Notes under the pieces: generated by a model
Seen by the model: only the letters and a program-made list of their open reading frames with translations
The model's database searches: none
What the model was told of the DNA's origin: nothing
Program-made: the position numbers and the translations under genes
Shown: in pieces, positions 28,901 to 37,522 of the stretch
Position numbering within the stretch: the stretch's first letter is position 1
Layout: each line of letters opens with the position of its first letter
DNA from: Oligoflexia bacterium
Lineage (GTDB): Bacteria > Bdellovibrionota_C > UBA2361 > SZUA-149 > DAOLCO01
Length of the DNA stretch: 46,757 bases
Assembly (NCBI GenBank): GCA_035327825.1
Contig: DAOLCO010000031.1
Coordinates: forward strand, 1-46,757
Direction of reading: 5' to 3'

Positions 28901-29648
28901 CATTGGCAATATTGGATTCTTCTATCTCTTCTGATGATTTTGGCTCCTGTAACTTGTCCTTATCTGGAATTATCCATTTCTCGTCTGGAAGAATATTTTC
29001 CGGTTCTGTTGCTTTAAGATGAATGCTGCCATCCTCCTGACGGCTAAGTATATAAGCCAGTTTGTCTTTATCTGAAATAAAATATCCTTGAGAAAGATTT
29101 CCATTAACTTCATAATCAAGGTGCAAGACTGTACGTTTAGGATGCTCAGTCTGAATTTCTACTCCAAGAGCTTTTCGAAAATTATTTTCGTAGCTCATTA
29201 TTATAAGTCCCCCAATAACAAGATCTGGTGCAAGCTTAATGCTTACTATCTCATCTTTTTTTGGAAGCTCTTTTACGCTAAGAAAATCTTCCGGCAGAAT
29301 TGCAAACGGATAACCGGAATTAGAAAATTGAACCAAAGAGCTTTCGTGCAGACCTAGCCAGTCACGGTTAACAAGTTCTTCTCCTGAAAGAAATTTTTCA
29401 TAAGTAGAGTGCTCTTGGTGTGTATGTTTTTCTTCGTTTTGTTGGTTATAAACAGGACTGGACTCTTGATCGGAAATGTTATTCTCATGTAAGTCTGGTA
29501 CTTTAGGCTGCAATTCCTCATCAAAAGAAGAAATAAGTGAGATTTTGGTTATTTTGTTGCTTTCTGAATTGTCCAGAAATGAAAATAAAATGCTAAAGAG
29601 CACCAATAAGAAAGCTAAACCACCAACTGCTTTAAGCATCTGTTTCAA
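25917..29648 (-). CDS. Exported or membrane-anchored modular zinc metalloprotease (metzincin type)
   Basis: N-terminal hydrophobic helix; IYLDFNGH; HEVGHSLGLNH zinc motif; WAPIMG Met-turn; PPC-like domain; (PT)n linker; Fn3-like domain; DSDRDGMSDGDE Ca-binding-like motif; unassigned C-terminal beta-rich region. Confidence 0.88.
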   Translation of the reverse strand: MKQMLKAVGGLAFLLVLFSILFSFLDNSESNKITKISLISSFDEELQPKVPDLHENNISDQESSPVYNQQNEEKHTHQEHSTYEKFLSGEELVNRDWLGLHESSLVQFSNSGYPFAILPEDFLSVKELPKKDEIVSIKLAPDLVIGGLIIMSYENNFRKALGVEIQTEHPKRTVLHLDYEVNGNLSQGYFISDKDKLAYILSRQEDGSIHLKATEPENILPDEKWIIPDKDKLQEPKSSEEIEESNIANVPENSPPVPPNTPAPLADTFKLHSLPGANHTIYLDFNGHTTSGTIWNTLYTGGNPIITPAFNFEGGIDSFTNDELSRIQWIWARTAEDYLPFNVNVTTEDPGIDKLRRQTGDTQWGIRVVIGGSSNDWRGSGYGGVAFIGSFNATTDLPVFVFPAELGNGNEKFTYGATSHEVGHSLGLNHHGTHAIEYYGGHGSGSTGWAPIMGYPYDKELNHWSHGEYPNANRPNQNDVNIIATQNGFTYRTDDHGNTPQAATQLQFTNNQASAIGIIERRDDFDIFLLSTSGGQLDVYAEPGWRGPNVDILLELLDSNSNVIESSNPLNTLNASILRNIPAGQYYLRISGTGKGDLTSGYSDYGCLGSYHFNVLTGPTPTPTPTPTPTPTPTPTPTPTPTPTPTPTPTPTPTPTTTPPPPPTSVDISQGLFSDRIEINWSEIPEATSYIVYRSQALGGTPVKIGETTQTNYIDINNLPEVTYLYYIASRNSFSEGTKSTGILGWRSNPFATDSDRDGMSDGDELLRGSNPYDRGSIQRLLSKEVCSEWNGFLQPMFQVKEIANTSQNTVPGSTKIYSIEGTLESSLTVPLPAEGKFDLLVHDLEGFRHDSYGRICVSVDTSGIVDGGMTFYKYQLPFTASSKPSFVYMAPFLPAITGNQFVGINMFQPSLRLDQSNNFVANWIQLSNASKDRVLSGNLLIYLSGSSTPVCNRSVVLLPSQRLDTPAHTRLPSDSQESCEELGPYKVGFVEWQPETGFEDIPATMRNVRYIYDNPQASPSFVTAFQLQGEVGNGEPMHVPVDTRSGTSVLEVTNVSDLSQEITIEVFNQNGELIHDLSQMFEHKQSIHFVLDNILPNALGNAKVKGTHKEGVIAVAMQYGRKPDASISWMYGMLATQAFGDSLTGGYNTFLGQNCTVTLVNSKITQETFSMQMFDSEGRLVRDEDGINIPGRGVRELSCHSGNSNEYGVVKIISNKNSLLGTIIRHGNNNSYRFPTTLRNVR
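27682..27795. repeat. Hexamer tandem repeat (GTTGGN)n encoding the Pro-Thr linker
   Basis: About 19 copies, varying mainly at the Thr wobble position. Confidence 0.9.
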
Positions 29649-29966
29649 AGTATTTAGCTTGATAATGAATTCAGGTGAATTAAAAAATCACGTTTTGAAA
29701 TTCGGTTATAATCAGCTAACGCTTAAGTTTTCGTCTCGCAATGTGGGTGAGAAAATGTGTAATCTTTCATATCAGGAAGTATTTAAAGAAAAACAGGATT
29801 TTGAGTTATATTTAATAACTCGCTTTGGTTGTAAAAAATTAAGTTATTCTAATGGGTTATCTGGGTTGTGTTAAGCCAGCCAAAAAAATCACGATTTTTG
29901 CACTTTAATTGAAAACAATTCGCTAACTATGCGATAACGGATAGGAATAGTTTAGGATGCCCATAA

Positions 29967-31568
29967 ATGTCCAATACGTTAACGTTAAAGCGCTCAGCTT
30001 TTCGGCAAAAGGTGCGCTTGTGTGAAAAAGTTCTGGAAGTCGATTCTATGCAGGGTAATATTGCCCTGTATGTTGCTTTTATTCTTCCTGTAACCATGGT
30101 TTTACTTATAGTTAGTATTGAGATCAGCTCATGGCAATACCTAAGAGAGGAGGCCCAGAGAGAAGCTGATCGAATCGTGCTTCAAGCTGCCCAGCAATTA
30201 CCTTATGCGGAGGATGTTTCTGCAACTCTTCTTGCAGAGGCCGAAAGATTTAATCAATCCCGTGCCACATCACCAAATGGAAATCTGACAATTCCAATTG
30301 AACAGATTGGAAGATCCATTTCTCCGTCTATGGTTAGTTTAAGAATTGAAGGAGTACAAAGATCTTCACTTGATTTTTTAATGGCAGCAAAAACCGGAGA
30401 GCGGGTACTATTTCCTGTCGCCCAGGAGGCAAGAGCAAGAGTGGTTCCAGTTGATGCTGTCTTGATATTTTCGGATGCAAGAAGCCTTAGACCTCTTGTA
30501 GATATAGCAAACCCACCTTCATCAAATTGGGGTGCGGCTACAGATTGGCCCCTGTCTCCATATTTTAACTTTGCTCTCGCACCAGGAATTGACTTTTCAC
30601 TGTTTCCACCGCCAGTAGCACCTCTTTCATGGCCTGAATGGTGGCTTGATGCAAATTTTAATACTCCAGCTTTTCAGCGCTGGCTAACCCAGCTCTGCTA
30701 TAATCCTTCAATTACACCACTAAAAAGCGCGGCTCTAATGGTTGCGGATACATTTTCAGTTTCAAATGAAAACAGGCTTGCAGTTTACGCAAGTCCGGGT
30801 GATAGAAGTGGCCCACAAAGTCCAGGTTATAGTGAGATTCGTTCCCTTGCTTTTCCTGGCGATCCTCGAGGAAGGGACCGTATTTTCTGGTCTAATTATT
30901 TTGAAGCACAGACAGGAAATAGTGATGAAGGTTGTTTATATTATGGAAGCAGAAGATATGCGGCTGATAATCCATATGCTATTCCTCGGCATGGAGTAAG
31001 CGCCTTAAGCGAGAGTGCCTGCGATACTGTCATTGAAAATCCTCCTGAGAGTTCATTTCACTACCCGTCTCCACTTAATTCTCGCCTCAGTTCATGTTTT
31101 AGGCAAGATGGAGGTGCTCTCCTAAGAGAGCTTATTTATTATCGCGCTGTGCGCGAACATGCACATGAAATCGGTGCAGCAAATATCGCACGTTCTTTTA
31201 GGGCTTCAGTAGGGGCGCTTCTTGAGGAAGACTGGATTGATCGTGGGAGCTCGGTCAATCTTCGAAGCAGTCTTGCCGCAAATTCTGTTAAAATCGTAAT
31301 TATTATTAGTGATGCTCTCCCTGATTCTGCAGATCCAGTTATGTCAGAAGCCCTTGGATATCTTGCAAATGATAATAGAATGAAAGCATATATCATTGGC
31401 TATAATCATCAGGGCCTTAATCAGATTTCAAGAAATTTTCTTGCTGCTAGTATAGCGACGTATGAAGGTATTCCTGGAGTAATTTTTTCATTGGCAGATG
31501 AGACAAATTTGCAGGCACTGATTCGTGGGATTTTGATTGCTGAAAGGAGGGTTGTTCTTTCTTCATGA
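29967..31568 (+). CDS. TadG-like pseudopilin with degenerate vWA domain
   Basis: QG|NIALYVAFILPV hydrophobic helix; AQREADRIVLQAAQ; vWA-like strands VDAVLIFSD, KIVIIISDA, AYIIGY. Start codon uncertain. Confidence 0.68.
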   Translation: MSNTLTLKRSAFRQKVRLCEKVLEVDSMQGNIALYVAFILPVTMVLLIVSIEISSWQYLREEAQREADRIVLQAAQQLPYAEDVSATLLAEAERFNQSRATSPNGNLTIPIEQIGRSISPSMVSLRIEGVQRSSLDFLMAAKTGERVLFPVAQEARARVVPVDAVLIFSDARSLRPLVDIANPPSSNWGAATDWPLSPYFNFALAPGIDFSLFPPPVAPLSWPEWWLDANFNTPAFQRWLTQLCYNPSITPLKSAALMVADTFSVSNENRLAVYASPGDRSGPQSPGYSEIRSLAFPGDPRGRDRIFWSNYFEAQTGNSDEGCLYYGSRRYAADNPYAIPRHGVSALSESACDTVIENPPESSFHYPSPLNSRLSSCFRQDGGALLRELIYYRAVREHAHEIGAANIARSFRASVGALLEEDWIDRGSSVNLRSSLAANSVKIVIIISDALPDSADPVMSEALGYLANDNRMKAYIIGYNHQGLNQISRNFLAASIATYEGIPGVIFSLADETNLQALIRGILIAERRVVLSS

Positions 31569-32323
31569 TTGTTAAGCTTATAGAACACAAAATGCCCCTT
31601 CGCTTTTCTTGCAAGGATTCGGAGGGCAAGTATCAGACTTTGAGTGAATCTCAGTTTGGAAATGGAATGCTTGAAATGCTGCTATTCTTGCCTTTTGCTC
31701 TCATGGTGTTATTTGTTGGTACAGACATTGGTCTTGGTTTGCTTGATCGGGCGATGGTTACTGATGTTGTTCGCGAAGCCCAGCATGATCAGTTGATTGA
31801 GGGAGCAATCTCACTTTATCAAGTTTCAGGATCCGGTCTTGAAATTAATAATGCAGTTGTTGAAGCTCTTTCTTCTAGAATTGCTGATCGACTGAATCTT
31901 GAGCTTGGTACAGGAGGAAGACGTATGGTTCTTGCTTCAGGGAGCTCTAATTACAGAGTTCAGGTAAGTCCTGTATTGTTAAATATAGATACTACAAGTG
32001 GAGCTATAACCAGCTATGAGATATTTTCTGAGCAGGTAAGAAATCCTGGTTTCAGTGCAAGAAGTGTTTCTCCTGAAATGCCCTATATTTCCGAAACGGA
32101 ATATCTTGATGGACAATTAGCTACAAGAACTTCAAATGCAAGTCCATTTTCTCTTCTTTCACCTGTTCCCGATGCTCCTGGTGAAAGATACTTGCCGGTT
32201 TCTGTCGCTATACTGGTAAGTGTTGAAGCGGTATCTCCATCAATTAATCCCGCTTTTATGAGAACAGTATTAGGTGGTTTATCGGCATTTCAAATTCATG
32301 AACTTCATGGAGTTCGAAACTGA
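31565..32323 (+). CDS. TadE/TadF-like pseudopilin
   Basis: G|NGMLEMLLFLPF: Gly cleavage site, Glu at +5, LP, then a hydrophobic helix; ATGA overlap with the upstream gene. Confidence 0.72.
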   Translation: MIVKLIEHKMPLRFSCKDSEGKYQTLSESQFGNGMLEMLLFLPFALMVLFVGTDIGLGLLDRAMVTDVVREAQHDQLIEGAISLYQVSGSGLEINNAVVEALSSRIADRLNLELGTGGRRMVLASGSSNYRVQVSPVLLNIDTTSGAITSYEIFSEQVRNPGFSARSVSPEMPYISETEYLDGQLATRTSNASPFSLLSPVPDAPGERYLPVSVAILVSVEAVSPSINPAFMRTVLGGLSAFQIHELHGVRN

Positions 32324-32348
32324 TTCAATTATTAGAGGTAGTACTATA

Positions 32349-34922
32349 ATGAATAAAGCAATTAGTCAGAACATTAAAGGTGCAAGTGGCATACTTCCGC
32401 TTATGTTTTCAACAATGGGGGGGGTTGTATTCCTTTTAACTTTTTATAATTTAACCCAGTTTACCGCTGCAAGATCTGCTGCAGATCAGGCTGCAAGGAG
32501 GGCAGCGAGGTGTCTAACTACCTCAGACGCAGAAGGTAATTGCAGAGCTGCCTTGGGTAACATTACAAGAACTGAAGAAGCAAGGTGGTTTGGTTATGTT
32601 CCCGAGAATGGGCCAGGTCAGGTGCAGGTTGAGATGTTTAATTATTCCGGCAGTGTTGCTGCAGATCGTTATGGTGCACAGTATAATTCTTATGAAGTAG
32701 AGTTAGGTAACCCTGTGCTTCAATATCAGGAAAAACGTATCAGACCAACGAGATTTATTGGTGTATTAAACAGTTATGCAAGGCTTTTTGCTGATATTGA
32801 AGCAAGTTTTGAAAGGGGAGGAGTTGTAAGAAGATGTGTATTAAGAAACCATGTTCAGTTGCCACTTGGTACGAATTTTATTGAGGCAACGTATTATAAT
32901 AATAATTGGTGTCCAAGTACTGATCCTCTATACTATAGATCCGCTCCAGGTTGTGATGATCTTGATGCTACCTGGCGTCCGACCAATGTTAATGATCCAA
33001 CGCGGCTAAGCTTTTGTCATTTACAAATTCCCAATCGTGGAGATGGAGGACAACCATGGCTTCTTCTTGGAGGTGATCCGATGTGTGCGGGTGAGGGTGG
33101 TGCACCTCCTGAGCCCCTCACTGAACAGGAGCTGATTAATTATTATGGAGGCGGAGGTAGTCCTGGTGATACCAATCGTCCCTATCCAATTACTGGCACT
33201 CGTCAATATGTAGTTATAAATGTTTTTTCCTGTGATCCGGCTTCTTTTAGAAACAGGCTGTCTACCGAAATCAGAAATCATGTTGATCTTCGAAATTATT
33301 TCACAAATTTTTCATCAATTTCTCTACCTGGCTTTGAATCTGATGATTATCAGGCAAACTCTGATCCTGCATTTCAGAATGCATTTGTCTATACTGGCGC
33401 TCCTGGAGGAACAAGCCATATTTCTGAGTATAATTGGACATATTTTGAGTGGCACAGAGAAGCTGTTGGGCGGCGAAGTCTTACAAGAAAGGTATGTGAC
33501 TGGATGACTTATGAAGAGGCCGCAACGCGATATCCTGAAGATTTTGCTCCCGTTGGCTCAGCTGATAATCCATTGCTAAGGCGTGGATATAGTTCTGGAG
33601 CAGAATTTGCAAATTTGCCTGAGTACACTCTTGTAGATGCACCTTCCTGTTATCCTGCAACTGAAGAGACAATTCAGAATACCTGTACAACCACTAATAT
33701 ATCTGGCCAGTTTGATTCTTTTCAGAGCTGTGGAGGTTGGGCACCAATCAAAGCACTTAAAGAGGGAGAGTATCATCGTAATGTTGAAAATATTCTCGAA
33801 TCAAATCAAAATCCAAGATGGGCAAATATTGCACCTCTTCCTAATGAGGGTTTTAGTGATTTGATTAGTGAATCATGGGCTGGTATGGCAGCTCTTCATT
33901 GGATTCCTTCCTGGAGTAATTTAACTTTTCAAGGCCAGGCATTGGTAAATCAGGGTGCTGTAAGGAATAGAAATCAATATAACCCAAAGCAACTAAGTGA
34001 AGATTCCATACTGACATTATACCGTGAAGTAGAAAGGGTTCCTGACTCCGTTATACAGGAATTATTATATCAAAAAGTTATTATGCAGGAGGGGATTGGT
34101 GCTCCTGATTTGCGCGACATTGCTAACCCATATAGCGTTTATGAGCGAATTAATCATGAGCCAGTAATAACTGAGGTTCAGAATGTGTGGCCATTTATGC
34201 CAACTCCACAGCCTCGTCCATATCTTAATCCAGAGCTTACCCGTGGTGCTTTTGATTTTAATCTCAATTGCAATCCTACAGATTCATGCTGGTCTGGACC
34301 AAGCTATGGAAGCTTGGAAGAAGCTCTTCGAGTTATGGCTAATTCTGCCTTGCCAGTTAATTTAACTCAAAAAGTGGGAGGAAGCTACAAGTATGCATTT
34401 CAATTTCAGGAGTCTCCTGCAGGAACTTTTACTATGTCATTTGAAGATGCTGTTCAAAGGGGATTTCCTGCTTGTACGCAGTTTAGATCTCAATGTGGTG
34501 GACCAGCAAGAAGAGGTGCTTTGGTAGATCTTGGAATATCGACGGAAATTCCAGTTGCGTGTACAAACGGAGGAATGCTTGATTGTTATCCTCAGTATGT
34601 AAATTCTGTTCCGAATCAGGCTTTTCAAAGAGAAGTAAATCTGAACGCCGCAAGGCAGATTGCTCTTGGCGAGGTGAGACGACTTCTGCCAACTGCTCGC
34701 TTCTGCGAGGAGGAAAATTCAAACCAGGCTACTTGTCTTTCTGTCAATATTGATGAGGTAGGTAGCGAGGTGCTGGTAGATGTCCAGTTTGTAGCGCCCC
34801 TGACTTTTCCTTTTAATCAGATATTCAACTCAAATACCCTTGCTGTTTCGAGCAGAAAAAGAGAGTTAATTGAGACGGAAAGGCTAAGAGTTAGGAGTGC
34901 TATTCAGGACATGGGTATGTGA
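32349..34922 (+). CDS. Very large TadE-like pseudopilin with Cys-rich inserted domain
   Basis: KG|ASGILPL hydrophobic helix; AADQAARRAAR motif; pilin-like C-terminal strands VLVDVQFVAPLTFPF; start moved to ATG 32349 because AGAGGT lies at 32334-32339. Confidence 0.65.
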   Translation: MNKAISQNIKGASGILPLMFSTMGGVVFLLTFYNLTQFTAARSAADQAARRAARCLTTSDAEGNCRAALGNITRTEEARWFGYVPENGPGQVQVEMFNYSGSVAADRYGAQYNSYEVELGNPVLQYQEKRIRPTRFIGVLNSYARLFADIEASFERGGVVRRCVLRNHVQLPLGTNFIEATYYNNNWCPSTDPLYYRSAPGCDDLDATWRPTNVNDPTRLSFCHLQIPNRGDGGQPWLLLGGDPMCAGEGGAPPEPLTEQELINYYGGGGSPGDTNRPYPITGTRQYVVINVFSCDPASFRNRLSTEIRNHVDLRNYFTNFSSISLPGFESDDYQANSDPAFQNAFVYTGAPGGTSHISEYNWTYFEWHREAVGRRSLTRKVCDWMTYEEAATRYPEDFAPVGSADNPLLRRGYSSGAEFANLPEYTLVDAPSCYPATEETIQNTCTTTNISGQFDSFQSCGGWAPIKALKEGEYHRNVENILESNQNPRWANIAPLPNEGFSDLISESWAGMAALHWIPSWSNLTFQGQALVNQGAVRNRNQYNPKQLSEDSILTLYREVERVPDSVIQELLYQKVIMQEGIGAPDLRDIANPYSVYERINHEPVITEVQNVWPFMPTPQPRPYLNPELTRGAFDFNLNCNPTDSCWSGPSYGSLEEALRVMANSALPVNLTQKVGGSYKYAFQFQESPAGTFTMSFEDAVQRGFPACTQFRSQCGGPARRGALVDLGISTEIPVACTNGGMLDCYPQYVNSVPNQAFQREVNLNAARQIALGEVRRLLPTARFCEEENSNQATCLSVNIDEVGSEVLVDVQFVAPLTFPFNQIFNSNTLAVSSRKRELIETERLRVRSAIQDMGM

Positions 34923-34938
34923 TATAAGGCATAAAGAA

Positions 34939-36381
34939 CTATTTTTTTAATGAATAATATGCATTAAGTGCCTCTTCTCTTGTCGCTTTCAGATCACATA
35001 AAAGCTTTGGATAAGTTTTTCCAAGGATAACATTAGCAGCATCAAGTACATTTTTTGGAGCTTCCCAGGGTTTGTGGATCCATTTGTCAGGAAGAGAGGA
35101 GATTTCGGGCACCCATTTTCTTATATATAATCCTTCCGAATCAAACTTTTCACTTTGAGATACGGGATTGAAAATCCTGAAGTAAGGAGCGGCATCTGCA
35201 CCTGATCCTGCTACCCATTGCCAGCCAAGTGAGTTATTTGCAAGATCAGCATCAACTAAGGTATCCCAAAACCACTTTGCTCCCTCAATCCAGTGAATAC
35301 GAAGGTTTTTTACAAGAAAGGAGGCCGCTATCATTCGAACCCTATTGTGCATTATGCCAGTAGCCCAGAGCTCTCGCATTCCTGCATCAACAATTGGGAC
35401 TCCTGTTTGTCCTTTTTGCCAGGCAGAAAGAGCAGGTTTATTTCTTTGCCATGGAAAATTCTTAAAATCACTTTTAAGAGGTTCAGAATCAGTGTGAGGA
35501 AAGTGATAAAGCAGGTGATGAGCAAAATCACGCCAACCAAGTTGCCTTAGAAATGGTTCAATAGAATTTACTTTGGATGAATTAAAAGCATTATGTATGG
35601 TTCGCCATATAGATTTTGGTGTGATTTGTCCAAAGTGAAGATAGGGAGAGAGAAAAGATGTCGCTTGTTTGAATGGGAAATCTCTTTCAGTTTTATAATC
35701 CTGAATGCTAGATATGATGAAATTTTCTAGAATATCCCAGGCCCCCTTTTCTGTCGGTTTCCAAAAGGGATAAAATTCCTTATCCCATGATATTTTTGGA
35801 AGAAGTTTAAGGGTTGATAGTTCATCGGAGTGAACAGTTTTGGTTGATGGTGGAAATTTCCTGATTTCTAAATCTGGTTCCAGGTCGCTAATTTGTCCTG
35901 ATAATGCTCTCCAGAAGGGTGTAAATACCTGATAAGGATTCCCGCTTGAGTTTTTAATTTCCCATGGTTCTTTAAGAAGTGAGCCAGGAAATGAAAAGAC
36001 CTTAATGTTAGCAGAAGTTAGCTCTTCCTTGATTTGAATGTCTCGTTTTATAGTTGTCGGATCATAAAGCCTGTTCCAGTATACTTTGGAGACAGAATTT
36101 TCCTCAGCAATTGATTTAATAATATCGGCGCTTGAACCTGATTTTATGATAAGATGTGACCCAAGTTTTTTGAGATTTTTCTCAAGATCTGAAAGAGCAT
36201 GATGAAGCCACCACCTGCTAGCTCCTCCCGGAGGCCAGGGGCTTTCCTCCTTCGGAGAATGAATATATATACAAATAAGAAAATCGGATTCATTTGCTGC
36301 GGTATGTAGTGCTTCGTTGTCTTTTACCCTCAGGTCTCTTCTGAACCAGAATAATGAAGTCTTGTGACTAATTTTTGCCAT
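34939..36381 (-). CDS. phrB: Deoxyribodipyrimidine photolyase (class I)
   Basis: WFRRDLRVKDN, LSPYLHFGQI, GQTGVPIVDAGMREL, MHNRVRM, LVDAD, GWQW, YFRIFNP. Confidence 0.95.
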   Translation of the reverse strand: MAKISHKTSLFWFRRDLRVKDNEALHTAANESDFLICIYIHSPKEESPWPPGGASRWWLHHALSDLEKNLKKLGSHLIIKSGSSADIIKSIAEENSVSKVYWNRLYDPTTIKRDIQIKEELTSANIKVFSFPGSLLKEPWEIKNSSGNPYQVFTPFWRALSGQISDLEPDLEIRKFPPSTKTVHSDELSTLKLLPKISWDKEFYPFWKPTEKGAWDILENFIISSIQDYKTERDFPFKQATSFLSPYLHFGQITPKSIWRTIHNAFNSSKVNSIEPFLRQLGWRDFAHHLLYHFPHTDSEPLKSDFKNFPWQRNKPALSAWQKGQTGVPIVDAGMRELWATGIMHNRVRMIAASFLVKNLRIHWIEGAKWFWDTLVDADLANNSLGWQWVAGSGADAAPYFRIFNPVSQSEKFDSEGLYIRKWVPEISSLPDKWIHKPWEAPKNVLDAANVILGKTYPKLLCDLKATREEALNAYYSLKK

Positions 36382-36461
36382 TTAAATATTACTATTAGAA
36401 GTGAGTCCGGTTTCATTGATAACTCAATGAGACCCACACAGCAAATTTATTAGATAAAACT

Positions 36462-37457
36462 CTACAATGTTCTCTTTACAAGTGCTTCTATATGAGGTTT
36501 CAGAAATTCATTGAAGACTTCCTCCGGACGGCCTGCATTTCCTGCAATTTTAAGGCGATGAAGAAGCACAAAGGGTGCAAGAAACTTGAGATCATCTTCT
36601 GTGACAAAACTTCTTCCCTGAGTAAGTGCGAATGCCGCAAGGCTCTTCTGAAACATCAAGGCTGCTCTGGTTGATGCACCATACTGGAACATTGGATTAG
36701 ATCGTGTTTCCTGCACAATGTTAACAATTGTTTTTCTGATTTCTTCAGAAATTTCGAGCGAAGCAGCTTCTCTTCTCGCATCAAGAATTGCATTACGGCT
36801 TACAACAGGAGTAATTTTACCTACCATATTTCTGATTTCCTCAGCTTTTTTCAAAATATCAAGCTCAACATCAGCCGTCACATATTTCATCGGGATTTTC
36901 AAAAGAAATCTATCCAGCTGCACAAGAGGAAGAGGATATGTCCCCGCAAGATCAAGAGGGTTCTGGGTGCCAATAACGAAAAATAATTCATCAAGACTGT
37001 AAGTTGCGTTATCAATAGTCACCTGGCGTTCTGCCATACATTCAAGAAATGCGGCCTGGACCTTGGGGCCTGTTCTGTTCATTTCATCTGCAAGTACAAC
37101 GTGGGCGAATATCGGACCATGCTGAAAGCGAAAGGTGCCACTTTGTGGCTCGAAAATATTTACACCGAGTACATCGCTTGGCAGCAGGTCGGGTGTGAAC
37201 TGAATACGTCTAAAAGGAAGGATATGAGCATTGCTATGGGACTTTGATGAATAGTCGTTATTTATTTCATCAGAGCAATCAATAAGACCACCCAGTGTTT
37301 TGGCGAGGGTTGTTTTTCCCGATCCGGGATAATCCTCAAGAAGTACATGACCATCGGCAATGAGCCCGGTTAGTACAAGTGAAATAGTGTCTTCTCTTCC
37401 CTTGATTACCTGAGTAAGTGCATTCTTTAGAATTGCTATGGTTTCAATTGCGCTCAT
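36462..37457 (-). CDS. moxR: MoxR-family AAA+ ATPase
   Basis: GHVLLEDYPGSGKT, RIQFTPDLLPSD, LADEMNR, TQNP, GTYPLP..QLDRF, GASTRA. Confidence 0.95.
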   Translation of the reverse strand: MSAIETIAILKNALTQVIKGREDTISLVLTGLIADGHVLLEDYPGSGKTTLAKTLGGLIDCSDEINNDYSSKSHSNAHILPFRRIQFTPDLLPSDVLGVNIFEPQSGTFRFQHGPIFAHVVLADEMNRTGPKVQAAFLECMAERQVTIDNATYSLDELFFVIGTQNPLDLAGTYPLPLVQLDRFLLKIPMKYVTADVELDILKKAEEIRNMVGKITPVVSRNAILDARREAASLEISEEIRKTIVNIVQETRSNPMFQYGASTRAALMFQKSLAAFALTQGRSFVTEDDLKFLAPFVLLHRLKIAGNAGRPEEVFNEFLKPHIEALVKRTL

Positions 37458-37522
37458 AAGCTTCTTTGTTTGTCCTGGTTTTAGTATTTATTGATATTCA
37501 TAATATTTTCGGAAGTCTTTGG

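Noticed and set aside
29476..29874. 132-aa plus-strand ORF, and the many other short antisense or nested ORFs in the track
   Set aside because: They overlap well-supported genes or AT-rich promoter DNA and show no recognisable motifs.
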